In this document: positions 62,967 to 63,811 of the stretch, piece by piece | Position numbering within the stretch: the first letter of the stretch is position 1 | Layout of the letters: each line of letters begins with the position of its first letter | Source: Rhynchobatus australiae | Lineage: Eukaryota | Direction of reading: 5' to 3' | NCBI GenBank assembly: GCA_034780895.1 | Contig: JAUZTB010000066.1 | Coordinates: 11,781,342 to 11,845,152 of the forward strand | DNA: 63,811 nt | The notes under the pieces: model-generated | The model's input: only the letters and a program-made list of their open reading frames with translations | Told to the model about the DNA's origin: nothing | Database searches by the model: none | Position numbers and translations under genes: made by a program

Positions 62967-63587
62967 ATCTGGATGACTTTAAGTTTGACCCGTTTGGTAA
63001 CTTCAGCAATGGCTCTGCAGTGAGCAGTTTAACCAGTTATGATTGGTCTGAGAAAGAAGACTCTGGCTCCCAGATTAAGAAGCAGCCACCATTCTTCTTT
63101 AATTCAGAGGGCAGATCCTTATCCTCCACCTCAGTGCTTCAGAAGAAAGAAACTTCTTTCGGCAGCTCCGAGAACATCACTATGACGACTGTCTCCACGG
63201 TAACAACATTCTCAGCTGAGGATGCAAGCTCCCAACACAAGTTTGATGCCTTTGGAGACTTCAAAGAGACTGCAGAGCAGACTGCAGAGAAAAAGGAAAG
63301 TAATAATGACTTTGGGGACTTTGCAATTACTTCATATAGGGAGGGAGAGATTACAGAGCCTAATGTGGCAGAATCAACCCTGGGTGATACAGAGCAAAGC
63401 ACTGTCACAAATGGGGTTTCCTCCGAAGAAACAAAAACTGAAGCCTTTGATGAATTTGGGGAATTTCAAAGTGAAAAGCCAAAAATTAGTAAATTTGATT
63501 TCCTAATGGCTAGTTCCCAGGGAAAGGTGAAATCCAGTGAAGAGATGATCAAGAGTGAACTGGAAACATTTGACCTTTCTGTGCAAG
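62967..63587 (+). CDS. SYNRG: SYNRG exon (621 nt; DLDDFKFDPFG...SELETFDLSVQ)
   Basis: tttcAG|ATCTGGAT...GTGCAAG|GTatgt; phase 1-1; KKETSFGSSENITMT, DEFGEFQSEKPKISKFDFL. Confidence 0.97.
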
Positions 63588-63811
63588 GTATGTAATGACA
63601 GTCTGTACCCAGTCCTAAATTGATTTTGGTAATAGTACTACTTAAGCTCAAAATTGGCTTCTGCAAAAGCATGTACTTGGTAAAAAGAAAATTTAGATTG
63701 CAGGAAAAATGGTTGTTCAAACTTAAAAATAACAGTTAGTAATTTTGTCTGTTTTGAATTTACAAGGAACAAATTTTTAGAGTAACTTACTAACATACTT
63801 CAAGGTGTGGT

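Larger units (their letters stand above)
4323..63587 (+). other. SYNRG: SYNRG (synergin gamma, AP-1 gamma-adaptin ear-binding protein) gene body, partial: 15 coding exons seen; exon 1 and the C-terminal exons lie outside the window
   Basis: The spliced exons translate collinearly to the synergin gamma sequence: FMFPV..., QKQFAEEQQKRFEQQQK...KLRLLSSVKPK, RDDALEAIKGNL, EH domain, DDFQDFQ, KEDSASVKSLDLPSIGGSS, KKETSFGSSENITMT, FQSEKPKISKFDFL. Splice phases match across all fully sequenced junctions. Confidence 0.97.

Overview
This is AT-rich, repeat-laden vertebrate genomic DNA with many N gaps, not a prokaryotic window. The SINE/LINE families (HE1/V-SINE-like, CR1-like, Penelope-like) point to a cartilaginous fish, probably a ray or sawfish relative (inference). 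Almost the whole window lies inside one + strand gene, SYNRG (synergin gamma / AP1GBP1). I traced 15 coding exons with AG/GT boundaries and consistent phases from 4323 to 63587. One exon is cut by a gap, and exon 1 and the 3' exons lie outside the window. The main anomaly is in the 22.7-kb intron (40247-62966): two intact, consecutive, correctly ordered antisense exons of an unrelated trafficking gene, DOP1B/DOPEY2, appear without recognisable neighbouring exons. They are either a captured or duplicated gene fragment or an assembly chimaera. Other candidates are an alternative terminal SYNRG exon ending in an NPF (EH-ligand) motif, a 21-nt microexon, an inverted-repeat-flanked 63-nt exon, a palindromic Penelope structure and small template-switch or templated-insertion footprints. 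Homology calls come from recalled protein sequences, not database searches. Exon numbers are my own, and repeat boundaries are approximate.
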